A stretch of 64,000 bases of DNA from Candidatus Poribacteria bacterium (GTDB lineage: Bacteria; Poribacteria; WGA-4E; PCPOR2b): NCBI GenBank assembly GCA_965116925.1, contig OZ220744.1, forward strand, positions 5,408,001 through 5,472,000, in the 5' to 3' direction. The notes under the pieces are model-generated. The model saw only the letters and a list, made by a program, of their open reading frames with translations. It ran no database searches and had not been told where the DNA came from. Numbering within the stretch: the first letter of the stretch is position 1; each line of letters starts with the position of its first letter. Position numbers and translations under genes: made by a program. Of the stretch, positions 39,510 through 48,863 are shown one piece after another.

Positions 39510-39570
39510 GTCGATTTATCCTCCTGCTTATTAGTAAAAAACATACAGAATGGTTTACACACCCTGTTGT

Positions 39571-40800
39571 TTACGGTTCAATTAATTTATGGAACTGTAC
39601 TTCACCATTGATAATCTGTTTAATCACCACGCTTTTAGACGTGTGTCGATTTTCATCGTAACCAGAGATAAACGTTGCTCCGCTATAATTCATCGTCGCC
39701 GCGAGTTGATCGCGAATGGCTGCTGATGTCAAATTATCCGCACGACGCATTGCCTGAACTACGAGCCGAAGCGCATCATATCCCAGCGCAGCCCCTCCAT
39801 CAGGCAACATGCCAAACATTGCAGTGTAGGTGGTCACAAACTGATAGACATCTTCACCCAAATCGCTCGGTTCCGCTTCCGCTGAAAAGCCGCTACTGAA
39901 GAAACTTCCGTCAATAACCGTTCCAGCCTCCTCAACCAATGCCACGTTGTCCCAAGCATCACCGCCGATGAAGGTCGCTGTTATCCCAATCTCCTCCCTT
40001 GCTTGTCGGACCAGTAGAGGGACTTCAGGAAGGAAACCGGTGCTAAAGATTACGTCCGGCGTAGCTTCAGCGACTGTAGTTAGTTGTGCGGTGAAATCGG
40101 TATCCCCTGCTGTGTAAAACTCATCAGCTACCACGTGACCTCCATGAGCAATAAAACTATCAATGAAGGTTTGCGATAAACCCTCCGAATAGACATCGCC
40201 CTTGTGCGTAAGGACTGCAGCGGTCTTTGCCTCTAAATCTTGCAAGGCAAATGCAGCCATCGCCACCCCCTGAAAGTCATCGGTGAATGCTGCCATAAAC
40301 ACAAAGTCACCCGCAGCAGTAACAGACGGATTAGTGGCGGAGGTTGCCATCATCGGTATACCATGATTTTGTGCAATTTCTCCGACAACTACGGCATAAG
40401 TTGAACGGTTGGGGCCGACGATTGCGGACACCTCTTCTTCGACAATCAATTCCAATGCTAGTTCTGTAACATATTCCGTTTCGTTTATATTCTCGCTTAC
40501 GAAACGTTGGGTCGGTATACCGCGAGCGACTAATTGTATCGGTATGCCGCGTACACCCCCTGCTTCATTCAGTTGCATTGTCGCTAATTCTGCCCCGTGC
40601 CGGCTATTGTTTCGGTTCGGCGTGGTATAGAGAAAGCCGATTTTAACCGCCTCCTCATCGCCCCCATCCGGTAATGGTGCGAGCAGTTGTTGGACCTGAT
40701 CACATCCCCAAAATAGGGTAATCAGTAAAAATAGTAAAATCCAAATCCGACCAATGAACTCGCGTTCAGTTAGCCGGGGGCGTTGCTCTGTCACTACCAT
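39571..40800 (-). CDS. LivJ-type substrate-binding lipoprotein (second subfamily)
   Basis: WGCDQ lipobox; GPNRS, SATNPSVT, FTDDFQG, GDTDFTAQL, LGYDA. Confidence 0.9.
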   Translation of the reverse strand: MVVTEQRPRLTEREFIGRIWILLFLLITLFWGCDQVQQLLAPLPDGGDEEAVKIGFLYTTPNRNNSRHGAELATMQLNEAGGVRGIPIQLVARGIPTQRFVSENINETEYVTELALELIVEEEVSAIVGPNRSTYAVVVGEIAQNHGIPMMATSATNPSVTAAGDFVFMAAFTDDFQGVAMAAFALQDLEAKTAAVLTHKGDVYSEGLSQTFIDSFIAHGGHVVADEFYTAGDTDFTAQLTTVAEATPDVIFSTGFLPEVPLLVRQAREEIGITATFIGGDAWDNVALVEEAGTVIDGSFFSSGFSAEAEPSDLGEDVYQFVTTYTAMFGMLPDGGAALGYDALRLVVQAMRRADNLTSAAIRDQLAATMNYSGATFISGYDENRHTSKSVVIKQIINGEVQFHKLIEP

Positions 40801-40849
40801 CCTCCTGTCAGGTGCGGGGTAAGATACAATGCCCGATCCTACTACAAAC

Positions 40850-42058
40850 TTATGGCTCGATTAATTTATAAAATCGTGCTTCACCATTGATAATTTGGTT
40901 GATGACTGCGCTCTTGTTTGGGTGTCGGTTTCCGTTGTAGCCGGAGATAAAGGTTGCTCCGCTATAATTCGTGGTCGCTGCAAGCTGGTCCCGTATTGTA
41001 GTTGGAGCTAAATCATCTGCACGACGCATCGCCTGAACTACGAGCCGAACCCCATCATAGCCTAGCGCAGCACCCCCGGCGGGCGCGACCTTGAAGATTG
41101 AGGTGTAGGCGGTGATAAATTGATCTGCGTCTTCACCCAAATCCCCCGGCGCGACGTCGGCTGAAAAAAGGCTGCTAAAAAAACTCCCTTCAAGAATCTC
41201 GCTGCTATCAGAAATTAACGCCGAGTTATCCCAACTGTCACCACCAAGGAGAATGCCTGTTATACCGAACCTTTTCGCCTGTTGAACCACCAATGGAATT
41301 TCGGATGCAAAGCCGGGCAGAAAAAAGACATCCGGCGCAGCTTCAGCGATAGCGGTCAGTTGTGCGGTGAAATCGGTATCTCCCCTCATGTAAAATTGAG
41401 CGTGTACAACCTCGCCACCCAAAGCGGTAAAGTTATCAATGAAGGTTTGCGATAAGCCCTCCGAATAGAGAGACTCTCTGCGCGTGAGGACTGCCGCGGT
41501 CTTTGCCCCTAAATCTTGCGCGGCAAATGTTGCCATAACCTTCCCCTGAAAGTCGTCGGTGAACGCCGCCATAAATACAAAGTCACCTGCAGCGGTAACT
41601 GACGGATTGGTGGCAGTGGTGGTCACCATTGGAACTCCGTAGCGTTGGGCAATTGGTCCAATAGCCACAGCATAATTCGATCTGTTGGGCCCGACGATTG
41701 CCGATACCCCCTCTTGGATAATCAGTTCTTCGGCTACCCCTGTGGCTTGGTCCGCGTCGCTTATATTACCGCGTGCGATAATTTCGATCTCCCTACCATG
41801 CGCTCCACCCTCTCCGTTCAATTCCAGTGCCGCTAATTCTGCGCCGTTCAGACTATTGCTTCGGATTTCGCTAGTATATATAAAACCAATTTTGATAGTG
41901 CTGTCATCATCTTCAGGCGGCACTGGTACAAGCAATTGTTGGACATCCTCACACCCCGCAAATAGAAGGATTCCTATGATTAGAGCTAAATAATTAACAG
42001 CATAAAAAAAACTCCCGTTCCAATCTTTGAAAATCCTGCGTATTCCCTGATGTGTCAT
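40850..42058 (-). CDS. LivJ-type substrate-binding lipoprotein (second subfamily)
   Basis: FAGC lipobox; tandem paralog of 39571..40800. Confidence 0.9.
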   Translation of the reverse strand: MTHQGIRRIFKDWNGSFFYAVNYLALIIGILLFAGCEDVQQLLVPVPPEDDDSTIKIGFIYTSEIRSNSLNGAELAALELNGEGGAHGREIEIIARGNISDADQATGVAEELIIQEGVSAIVGPNRSNYAVAIGPIAQRYGVPMVTTTATNPSVTAAGDFVFMAAFTDDFQGKVMATFAAQDLGAKTAAVLTRRESLYSEGLSQTFIDNFTALGGEVVHAQFYMRGDTDFTAQLTAIAEAAPDVFFLPGFASEIPLVVQQAKRFGITGILLGGDSWDNSALISDSSEILEGSFFSSLFSADVAPGDLGEDADQFITAYTSIFKVAPAGGAALGYDGVRLVVQAMRRADDLAPTTIRDQLAATTNYSGATFISGYNGNRHPNKSAVINQIINGEARFYKLIEP

Positions 42059-42205
42059 TCAATATCCCCTTATCATTTATGAGGCGTTGTGTCGGTATAC
42101 CAAGAGCTATGCTAGTGTTCCTCACACGCTTTGTCCAATTATATTGTCACTAATTTTGTGCTGTACCGCCTACCCTTTCAGTGCAGCATCGCAATGATTC
42201 AATAT

Positions 42206-42272
42206 TATACCTAAGTTGCCCCCTAACAGCTACGGTACACGGAGTATGCCTACTACTAGCAACCTGAGTATT
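42206..42272. repeat. Small element with imperfect terminal inverted repeats and an internal hairpin
   Basis: ATACCTAAGTTGC / GCAACCTGAGTAT flanking GGTACACGGAGTATGCCTAC. Confidence 0.4.
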
Positions 42273-42387
42273 ATATCCGCATCTCCAAATAGATGCAAGG
42301 AAATCACAGCCTTTGCTATCAATATAAGTCTGACAAAACTGAATCATAGGCGAGTATTTAATTTTCGCCCTAAGCGTTTAATGATTC

Positions 42388-42416
42388 TTGACAATGCTTG
42401 TTTTTTTTGTTACAAT
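42388..42416 (+). promoter_or_regulatory. Sigma70-type promoter of the tRNA operon
   Basis: TTGACA-N17-TACAAT with extended TG, 14 nt before the first tRNA. Confidence 0.85.
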
Positions 42417-42430
42417 AAGTGCGCTTTTTC

Positions 42431-42518
42431 GGTGGGATGGCTGAGAGGTCGAAAGCGGCGGTCTTGAAAACCGTTGTGGCGCAAGTCACCGTGGGTTCGA
42501 ATCCTACTCCCACCGCCA
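42431..42518 (+). tRNA. tRNA-Ser(TGA)
   Basis: Cloverleaf with long variable arm, anticodon loop CTTGAAA, GTTCGAATC, encoded CCA. Confidence 0.95.
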
Positions 42519-42531
42519 CTATTAAAAATAT

Positions 42532-42621
42532 GGAGGGGTGCAGGAGTGGTTGAACTGGGCTGCCTGCTAAGCAGTTATGGCTTAACCGCCATCGTGGGTT
42601 CGAATCCCACTCCCTCCGCCA
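42532..42621 (+). tRNA. tRNA-Ser(GCT)
   Basis: Anticodon loop CTGCTAA, long variable arm, encoded CCA. Confidence 0.95.
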
Positions 42622-42629
42622 GCTATTAC

Positions 42630-42703
42630 GCGCCTGTAGCTCAGTGGATCAGAGCATCTGACTACGGATCAGAAGGTCGGGGGTTCGAATCCTCTCGGGC
42701 GCT
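42630..42703 (+). tRNA. tRNA-Arg(ACG)
   Basis: TCTGA-CTACGGA-TCAGA; no encoded CCA. Confidence 0.95.
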
Positions 42704-42790
42704 TAATGATATGCGTTTTCGGTCCCGCGGCTCCGGCTGCGGGGCTGGAAGTGCGAATTTGGGGCAATTACCCCGTTTCGATCTTTTGCA

Positions 42791-43240
42791 ATGTCGGATC
42801 AGTTCTGGATGCGTGAAGCCCTTGCGGTTGCCCGTCAGGGTGCCTCGCTCGGTGAAGTTCCCGTTGGTGCAGTTATCATCAAGGATGGAATTGTCCTCGC
42901 TCGCGCTCATAATAGACGAGAAGGGACAAAGGATCCAACCGCTCATGCAGAACTGATTGCGATTCGATTGGCTGCTTCATCTGTCGGTGATTGGCGTTTG
43001 ACGGACACAATTCTTTATGTGACTTTAGAACCGTGTCCGATGTGTTGTGGAGCAATTATCTTGGCTCGCATCCCACGGGTCGTTTATGCCGCCTCAGATC
43101 CAAAGGCTGGTGCCGCGGGGACACTGTTCAACCTGTTACAAGATGAACGTCTCAATCACCAAGTGGATGTCACACAAGGGGTTCTAGCAGAGGAGAGTAG
43201 CCATCTGCTTAAATCTTTTTTCCGAGATCGGCGAACCTAA
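42791..43240 (+). CDS. tadA: tRNA adenosine(34) deaminase
   Basis: GEVPVGAV, DPTAHAE, TLEPCPMC, DPKAGA. Confidence 0.95.
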   Translation: MSDQFWMREALAVARQGASLGEVPVGAVIIKDGIVLARAHNRREGTKDPTAHAELIAIRLAASSVGDWRLTDTILYVTLEPCPMCCGAIILARIPRVVYAASDPKAGAAGTLFNLLQDERLNHQVDVTQGVLAEESSHLLKSFFRDRRT

Positions 43241-43246
43241 ATTTTT

Positions 43247-43335
43247 GGAGAGATGCTGGAGCCTGGTTGAACAGGACAGTCTCGAAAACTGTTGTGGCGT
43301 TATCGTCACCGTGGGTTCGAATCCCACTCTCTCCG
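43247..43335 (+). tRNA. tRNA-Ser(CGA)
   Basis: Anticodon loop CTCGAAA, long variable arm; followed by CCT, not CCA. Confidence 0.95.
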
Positions 43336-43341
43336 CCTTTT

Positions 43342-43414
43342 GGGGCAGTGGCTCAGTTGGGAGAGCGCATCCCTCGCACGGATGAGGCCACGGGTTCAAA
43401 TCCCGTCTGCTCCA
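43342..43414 (+). tRNA. tRNA-Ala(CGC)
   Basis: CATCC-CTCGCAC-GGATG; G3:U70 identity pair. Confidence 0.95.
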
Positions 43415-43519
43415 TCGATTTTTCCGATCGTTAGTGATTGGAACAAACTTTTGGACAGCACGGGCCAGGTTTCCTGCTATATGACGATAGCGAGAAATCC
43501 GGTGCTGCTCAAGATTTTC

Positions 43520-43610
43520 GGAGAGATGCAGGAGCTGGTTGAACTGGCATGACTGGAAATCATGTGTGCAGGCAACTGTACCGTGGGTTCGAATCCCACT
43601 CTCTCCGCCA
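43520..43610 (+). tRNA. tRNA-Ser(GGA)
   Basis: CATGA-CTGGAAA-TCATG, long variable arm, encoded CCA. Confidence 0.95.
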
Positions 43611-43631
43611 TTATCACCTCTGTCGAGACTT

Positions 43632-43902
43632 GGCTATGCTAAGCGGGGAGGTAGCGGTGCCCTGAACCTGCAATCCGCTATAGCAGGGCTGAATTCCTAT
43701 TGTGCGGCGAACTTCTTTTGAGGACTGGCCCATGTAAGTGGTGATGAAGATTGGGTCCTGAGCAACTCACAATTATCAAACCCCGTCAGGTCCGGAAGGA
43801 AGCAGCGGTAGATAATCTGGGGGTGTGACGCAGGGAAGCCTAGTCGGAGCTAACTGCTTGGGTAACGCTTGGGAGAACTTGTCAAGCTCTAGGTGCATGG
43901 CC
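43632..43902 (+). ncRNA. ffs: Large bacterial SRP RNA with Alu domain
   Basis: Helix 8 GTCAGGTCCGGAAGGAAGCAGC; 5' GCTAAGCGGGGAGGTAGCGGTGCCCTG resembles Bacillus scRNA; 5' and 3' ends pair. Confidence 0.95.
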
Positions 43903-43985
43903 AGGATTTTTTTCATCCTCTTCCCCTCTCCTATTGGTCAGATAAAATCCCTTGGGTCAACCCACTTCGCGCGATGGGGGAAATT

Positions 43986-45854
43986 ATGTCTTACGAGGTT
44001 TTAGCTCAGAAATGGCGTCCCCAATCATTTCAAGATGTAGTTGGGCAGACGCATGTGATAACAACTCTCAGAAATCAAATCCTATCGGATCGGATTGGTC
44101 ACGCCTACCTGTTTTGGGGACCGAGGGGAACCGGGAAAACAACGGTTGCCCGTATTCTCGCGAAAGCAGTGAATTGCCCCAATCGTCAGCAAGAGACCGA
44201 GTTTAGCCAAGAATCTATAGCTGAACCTTGCAACAATTGTCAGTTCTGCTCGGAAATCTCTCAGGGGCGTTCGTTCGATGTCGTTGAGATGGACGCTGCC
44301 TCTAATCGAGGCATTGATCCGATTCGCGAGCTACGCGAGAATACTAAGCTAGCTCCCGCTGCCTGTCGTTATAAAATCTATATCATCGATGAAGCACACA
44401 TGCTCACGCAAGAAGCGTTTAATGCCCTTTTGAAAACGCTTGAAGAGCCCCCACCACACGTCATCTTTATCCTTGCAACAACCGAACACCATAGAATTCC
44501 GAAAACAATTGTATCTCGCTGCCAAGATTTTGATTTTCGCTACATGGAGCAGGATCAAATCATAGGACGACTGCAAGATATCTGCAAAGCTGAAAATGTT
44601 CAGATTGATACGCAAGGACTATCGTTGATTTCCCTGCAATCGGAGGGCTGTCTGAGGGATGCCGAGAATTTGCTAGAACGATTGACCGCATCAATAGGGA
44701 AAGAACTCGATGTAGATAAGATTAACCAAATACTCGGGTTCGGTTCAAGTCATCTGATAAATGAACTGATTGATGCCATCCTGCAAAGTGACCTGCCAGC
44801 GGCACTCCAATCGCTCGATAAATTGGTGAAAAATGGGACAGATTTGACGCAATGTCTGCATCAACAGGTTACTTGCTTCAGAAATTTGAGGCTTTTAGCT
44901 ATTGGATCGAATTTAGAGAGTGTAATTTCGGCATCCAAATCGGAAATAGAGCTAATGAAAGAGAAAGCGCACCTCGCTTCTCCAGAACGTCTTTCCCGGA
45001 TTATTAAAATTCTGATGCGAACTAGCAGTGAGATTAAGCAGCACGGATATGCACAAATCCATCTTGAATCTGCGTTAATTGATGCTTGCTCAATCCAAGA
45101 GGGCATCCAACTGACGAAGATTTTGAAACGGTTATCAGAGATTGAGGACAAAATTGATCGGGGAGAGGCTCCAAGTAGAGTCTCTGTACCGCCAGCGATC
45201 TCTGAATCAACTGGGGGATCTCCGCCAAGGCACTCTGCGCCCACGCCAGTTTTAGAATCCGCTACAGACTCAGAAATGGCAGAAAATCAAACTCCAAAAT
45301 ACAGGGTTCAATCATCTTCGGAAACTCAGATTGAGCCGCATCCGGTTTCTACCGATACTTATGTAGCTGGAGACGGCATGGAGCAGCCGCATATCAAATC
45401 CGTTCCCGCGGCTGTACAGCACCTGATGTCCGATTCAAATGAGTTGGCAAAGATTTGGGAAAGCTTGTTGGGAGGGTTGCAAGACAGAGGCAAAATGTTA
45501 TTACACCGGTACTTGAAAAGCGCAACTCCGCAGCCAAATAACGAAGGGGAAACAACGTTGTCAAGTAACGGGCTAGAATTGAAAATTGCTTGCCCCCCAG
45601 CCTATACAGACCTAATTGATGATGACGAGAAAACGTTACTCAAGGAAATGCTTGCCGATCTGCTCGGAACGCCCGTTCAAATTAGCTTCGTGGCTGCAAG
45701 CGCGAACCCTCATGTCAACGCAACACTACCACCTTCTCGGCGGTCCCAAGAAATAACACCAATGATGCTGCAGCACCAAGCCGAACGGGATCCGGAGGTC
45801 GCGCCGGCACTTAAGCTGTTTGAGGCAAAGATTCTTAAAATTGAACCCAAATAG
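43986..45854 (+). CDS. dnaX: DNA polymerase III subunit gamma/tau
   Basis: LAQKWRPQSF, GPRGTGKT, EMDAASNRG, IIDEAHML, SRC. Confidence 0.97.
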   Translation: MSYEVLAQKWRPQSFQDVVGQTHVITTLRNQILSDRIGHAYLFWGPRGTGKTTVARILAKAVNCPNRQQETEFSQESIAEPCNNCQFCSEISQGRSFDVVEMDAASNRGIDPIRELRENTKLAPAACRYKIYIIDEAHMLTQEAFNALLKTLEEPPPHVIFILATTEHHRIPKTIVSRCQDFDFRYMEQDQIIGRLQDICKAENVQIDTQGLSLISLQSEGCLRDAENLLERLTASIGKELDVDKINQILGFGSSHLINELIDAILQSDLPAALQSLDKLVKNGTDLTQCLHQQVTCFRNLRLLAIGSNLESVISASKSEIELMKEKAHLASPERLSRIIKILMRTSSEIKQHGYAQIHLESALIDACSIQEGIQLTKILKRLSEIEDKIDRGEAPSRVSVPPAISESTGGSPPRHSAPTPVLESATDSEMAENQTPKYRVQSSSETQIEPHPVSTDTYVAGDGMEQPHIKSVPAAVQHLMSDSNELAKIWESLLGGLQDRGKMLLHRYLKSATPQPNNEGETTLSSNGLELKIACPPAYTDLIDDDEKTLLKEMLADLLGTPVQISFVAASANPHVNATLPPSRRSQEITPMMLQHQAERDPEVAPALKLFEAKILKIEPK

Positions 45855-45978
45855 TCTGTGTTGGAGGACATGATCTACTAACCCAAGAATGAATCCTAAG
45901 CGGACAAAGCGTGTCTGATGCTTAATGATAGAATCTCAAACTGTAACTATTTAACAAGATCCACAAGAGGTCAGCTCA

Positions 45979-46287
45979 ATGAATATGAATAATCTGATGA
46001 AACAAGCGCAACAGATGCAAAAGCGCATGCTTGATATTCAAGAGGAACTTGCCACCCGCACTGTTGAAGCAACCGTTGGCGGCGGCATGGTAACAGCCGT
46101 TGTTAATGGTCAACAGGAACTCATGTCGCTCACAATCTCACCAGAGGTTGTTGATCCAGATGATATCGAAATGCTCGAAGACCTCATCGTTGCCGCAGTC
46201 AATGAAGCGCGGCATCAAGCGCAAGAACTGATGACGCAAGAGATGAGCAAATTGACGGGAGGCGTTAAAATTCCGGGACTGATGTGA
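45979..46287 (+). CDS. ybaB: YbaB/EbfC nucleoid-associated protein
   Basis: MKQAQQMQ, GGGMV, EDLIVAAVN; lies between dnaX and recR. Confidence 0.95.
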   Translation: MNMNNLMKQAQQMQKRMLDIQEELATRTVEATVGGGMVTAVVNGQQELMSLTISPEVVDPDDIEMLEDLIVAAVNEARHQAQELMTQEMSKLTGGVKIPGLM

Positions 46288-46432
46288 AGACTGCGGGCAA
46301 TAGATTTTGGCCTGTGCGTTGGAACGCATCGGTGAATGACTATTTTTATATCAATCGCCAATTCAAAATCCATAATCTTCCACTATAAGAACTGGATTTC
46401 TCTGGCGTAGCATACCGGAACCAAAACTCAGT

Positions 46433-47032
46433 ATGCTCCATTATCCTGAACCGCTAGCACGTCTTATCAATGAGTTGCAAAAGCTACCTACAATCGGTGC
46501 CAAAACGGCGCAACGTTTAGCATTTTTTATGTTAAAAATGCCCGAATCTGACACGACTCAACTGGCGCAAGCACTCTCCGAGGTAAAGACTCATCTGGAT
46601 TATTGCTCGGTCTGTGGAAATATCACAGATCAGCAGCCATGTTATATCTGTACGGATACTAGACGTGATCGCCAAACCATTTGTGTTATCGAAGAGCCAG
46701 ACGACCTTTTAGCAATTGAGCGTACGCAGGAGTATAAGGGTTTATACCACACGCTCATGGGTGTTCTATCGCCGTTGGACGGTGTAGGACCACAAGATCT
46801 CAGGATTGACCAACTTTTTGAGCGAATCCGCGGGGAGGATATCAGAGAGGTTATCCTCGCAACAAATTACACTACCGAAGGTCAGGCAACCGCGCTCTAT
46901 TTGACAAAACAACTCGAAACTCTTGAGATTACCACCACTCGCATTGCTTACGGCATTCCGGTCGGCGGCGATCTTGAGTATATAGACGCAGTGACCCTTG
47001 CTAAAGCCTTGGAAGGACGTCGGCGCATTTAA
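46433..47032 (+). CDS. recR: Recombination mediator RecR
   Basis: LPTIGAKTAQRLA, C4 zinc finger, Toprim domain, GIPVGGDLEY. Confidence 0.97.
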   Translation: MLHYPEPLARLINELQKLPTIGAKTAQRLAFFMLKMPESDTTQLAQALSEVKTHLDYCSVCGNITDQQPCYICTDTRRDRQTICVIEEPDDLLAIERTQEYKGLYHTLMGVLSPLDGVGPQDLRIDQLFERIRGEDIREVILATNYTTEGQATALYLTKQLETLEITTTRIAYGIPVGGDLEYIDAVTLAKALEGRRRI

Positions 47033-47046
47033 GCCTAAAACAGAGG

Positions 47047-48021
47047 ATGAATCAAATGCCTTGTAAACTGAAATTTGGCTTCTGCCTGTGGGGTTTACTA
47101 GGCATAATGTTTTTCGGTTCGGATACGGGCTCGGTTTATACGCATGCTGAATCCGGTGCCAATTCGCCTCCGTCGCCGTTAGTAGAAGAAACCTTTAGCG
47201 ATGGCACATTCAACGCCAAACGTGCTTTTGCCTACCTAGAGAAGCAGTGTGAGTTTGGTCCGCGTGTGCCAGGGACGACCATTCACCAAGAGACAGGAGC
47301 ATATCTATTCGCAGAACTCGAAAAATATGCCGACGAGGTTGTGTTTCAACCTTTTGAGTTTCAGGATCAAGATAGAACGATTCAGATGAACAATATCTTA
47401 GCGCGCTTCGGGGAAGATTCAAGTGGAAAGATGCTCCTCGCAGCACACTGGGACACGCGCCCATTCGCAGATCGGGATCCAGACCCTGCCAATCGAAACA
47501 CGCCAATCCTCGGTGCAAATGATGGTGCTTCGGGTGTGGCGGTTCTGTTGGAGGTCGCACGGGTTTTGAAATCTAAACCACCTCCGACACCAGTGATTAT
47601 TGTCCTGTTTGATGGCGAAGATTACGGCAGAACAGTTTCCACCATGTTCCTCGGTTCGACACACTTTGCCGAGAATATGGACGGCTGGGAGGCAGATTTT
47701 GGTATCTTGTTGGACATGGTTGGTGACCGGACGCTAGAGTTGCCGATGGAACGGTATTCATGGAATGCGGCACGGGACTTGACGGAGGCAATCTGGCGAC
47801 GGGCTGAAGAGTTGGGGTTGCCGGCATTTCAACACCGATTGGGACCTGCAATTATGGATGATCACTTGCCACTCATTCAATCAGGGGTCCCAACAATCGA
47901 TATTATTGACTTTGATTATCCGTACTGGCATACAGTGGAGGATACTCCTGACAAATGTAGTGCAGAAAGCTTGGAAATTGTCGGGCGGTTAGTGTTAGAT
48001 ATAATCTATTCGGGACTGTGA
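47047..48021 (+). CDS. M28 family peptidase / glutaminyl cyclase-like exported protein
   Basis: AHWDTRP, GANDGASG, FDGED, LDMVG, DDH, YWHT. Confidence 0.85.
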   Translation: MNQMPCKLKFGFCLWGLLGIMFFGSDTGSVYTHAESGANSPPSPLVEETFSDGTFNAKRAFAYLEKQCEFGPRVPGTTIHQETGAYLFAELEKYADEVVFQPFEFQDQDRTIQMNNILARFGEDSSGKMLLAAHWDTRPFADRDPDPANRNTPILGANDGASGVAVLLEVARVLKSKPPPTPVIIVLFDGEDYGRTVSTMFLGSTHFAENMDGWEADFGILLDMVGDRTLELPMERYSWNAARDLTEAIWRRAEELGLPAFQHRLGPAIMDDHLPLIQSGVPTIDIIDFDYPYWHTVEDTPDKCSAESLEIVGRLVLDIIYSGL

Positions 48022-48057
48022 CTCAATTTTATGCCCCTTATGACGAGGTGATTTCCC

Positions 48058-48477
48058 TTGCCCCGACACGATATTTACCATGAGGTTGTGAAGAATGTTC
48101 TCGTCAAAGACGGTTGGAGAATTACGCACGACCCTTTGATTCTGCCCTACGGTGGACGTAATCTTTATGTTGGTATTGGAGCCGAGGCACCAATTGGCGC
48201 AGAAAAGGATGGATACCAGATCGCTGTAGAGGTGAAGAGCTTCCTCGGAGGTTCGGAAATTGTGGAGTTGGAGCGTGCCTTAGGACAGTATATGCTTTAT
48301 CGTTTTTTGTTAGCGCGACAAGAACCAGAACGGGTGCTTTTTTTAGCCTTTCCTAGAAGTGCTTACGATAGCATTCTCAGCGAACCTGCTGAAGGACGAG
48401 ATTTTATCACCACACAAGACCTAAAGTTAATAGTCTTTGATCCGGATCGGGAGATTATTATCCAATGGATAGAGTAG
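48058..48477 (+). CDS. xisH: XisH family protein
   Basis: DIYHEVVKN, DGWRITHDP, IAVEVKSF, ALGQY. Confidence 0.9.
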   Translation: MPRHDIYHEVVKNVLVKDGWRITHDPLILPYGGRNLYVGIGAEAPIGAEKDGYQIAVEVKSFLGGSEIVELERALGQYMLYRFLLARQEPERVLFLAFPRSAYDSILSEPAEGRDFITTQDLKLIVFDPDREIIIQWIE

Positions 48478-48800
48478 CCAATTACCGACAAATCATTAAA
48501 CGTATTATTGCGGAATATGCTGCCTTGAAGCCTTCCTATGGCAATGTTGAAGTCGAGACGGTCTTTGACGAGTCCCACGACCACTATGAAATGATTTACA
48601 CAGGTTGGAACGAGTGGCGTCGTGTTCATGGCACAGTGATTCATGTAGACATCCGAGATGGCAAGGTGTGGATTCAGCATGACGGCACAGAGGAGGGCAT
48701 TGCTTATGAACTTTTAGAGGCAGGCATCCCACACGAACATATCGTGCTAGCGTTTCATCCTCCGCAAGCACGGAAACATACGCCGTTTGCAGTGTCATAA
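48465..48800 (+). CDS. xisI: XisI family protein
   Basis: HDHY, GW, IHVDIRDGKVWIQHDGTEEGIA, IVLAFHPP. Confidence 0.9.
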   Translation: MDRVANYRQIIKRIIAEYAALKPSYGNVEVETVFDESHDHYEMIYTGWNEWRRVHGTVIHVDIRDGKVWIQHDGTEEGIAYELLEAGIPHEHIVLAFHPPQARKHTPFAVS

Positions 48801-48863
48801 GGAATAAGCAAACTGCCTGAGATACCGTTAAATATTAATACAGAATCAACGAAATAGAGTAAC

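Noticed and set aside
42431..43610. Selenocysteine or suppressor tRNA; prophage or island attachment at the tRNAs
   Set aside because: Long-arm tRNAs have ordinary Ser anticodons; no integrase or duplicated tRNA 3' end was seen
42474..43721. ORFs 42474..42956, 43292..43552 and 43539..43721
   Set aside because: Spurious frames overlapping tRNA, tadA and SRP RNA genes
43986..45854. Programmed frameshift producing DnaX gamma
   Set aside because: No A-AAA-AAG or long homopolymer tract found by eye
48058..48800. fdxN-type excision element
   Set aside because: No XisF serine recombinase or interrupted target gene nearby
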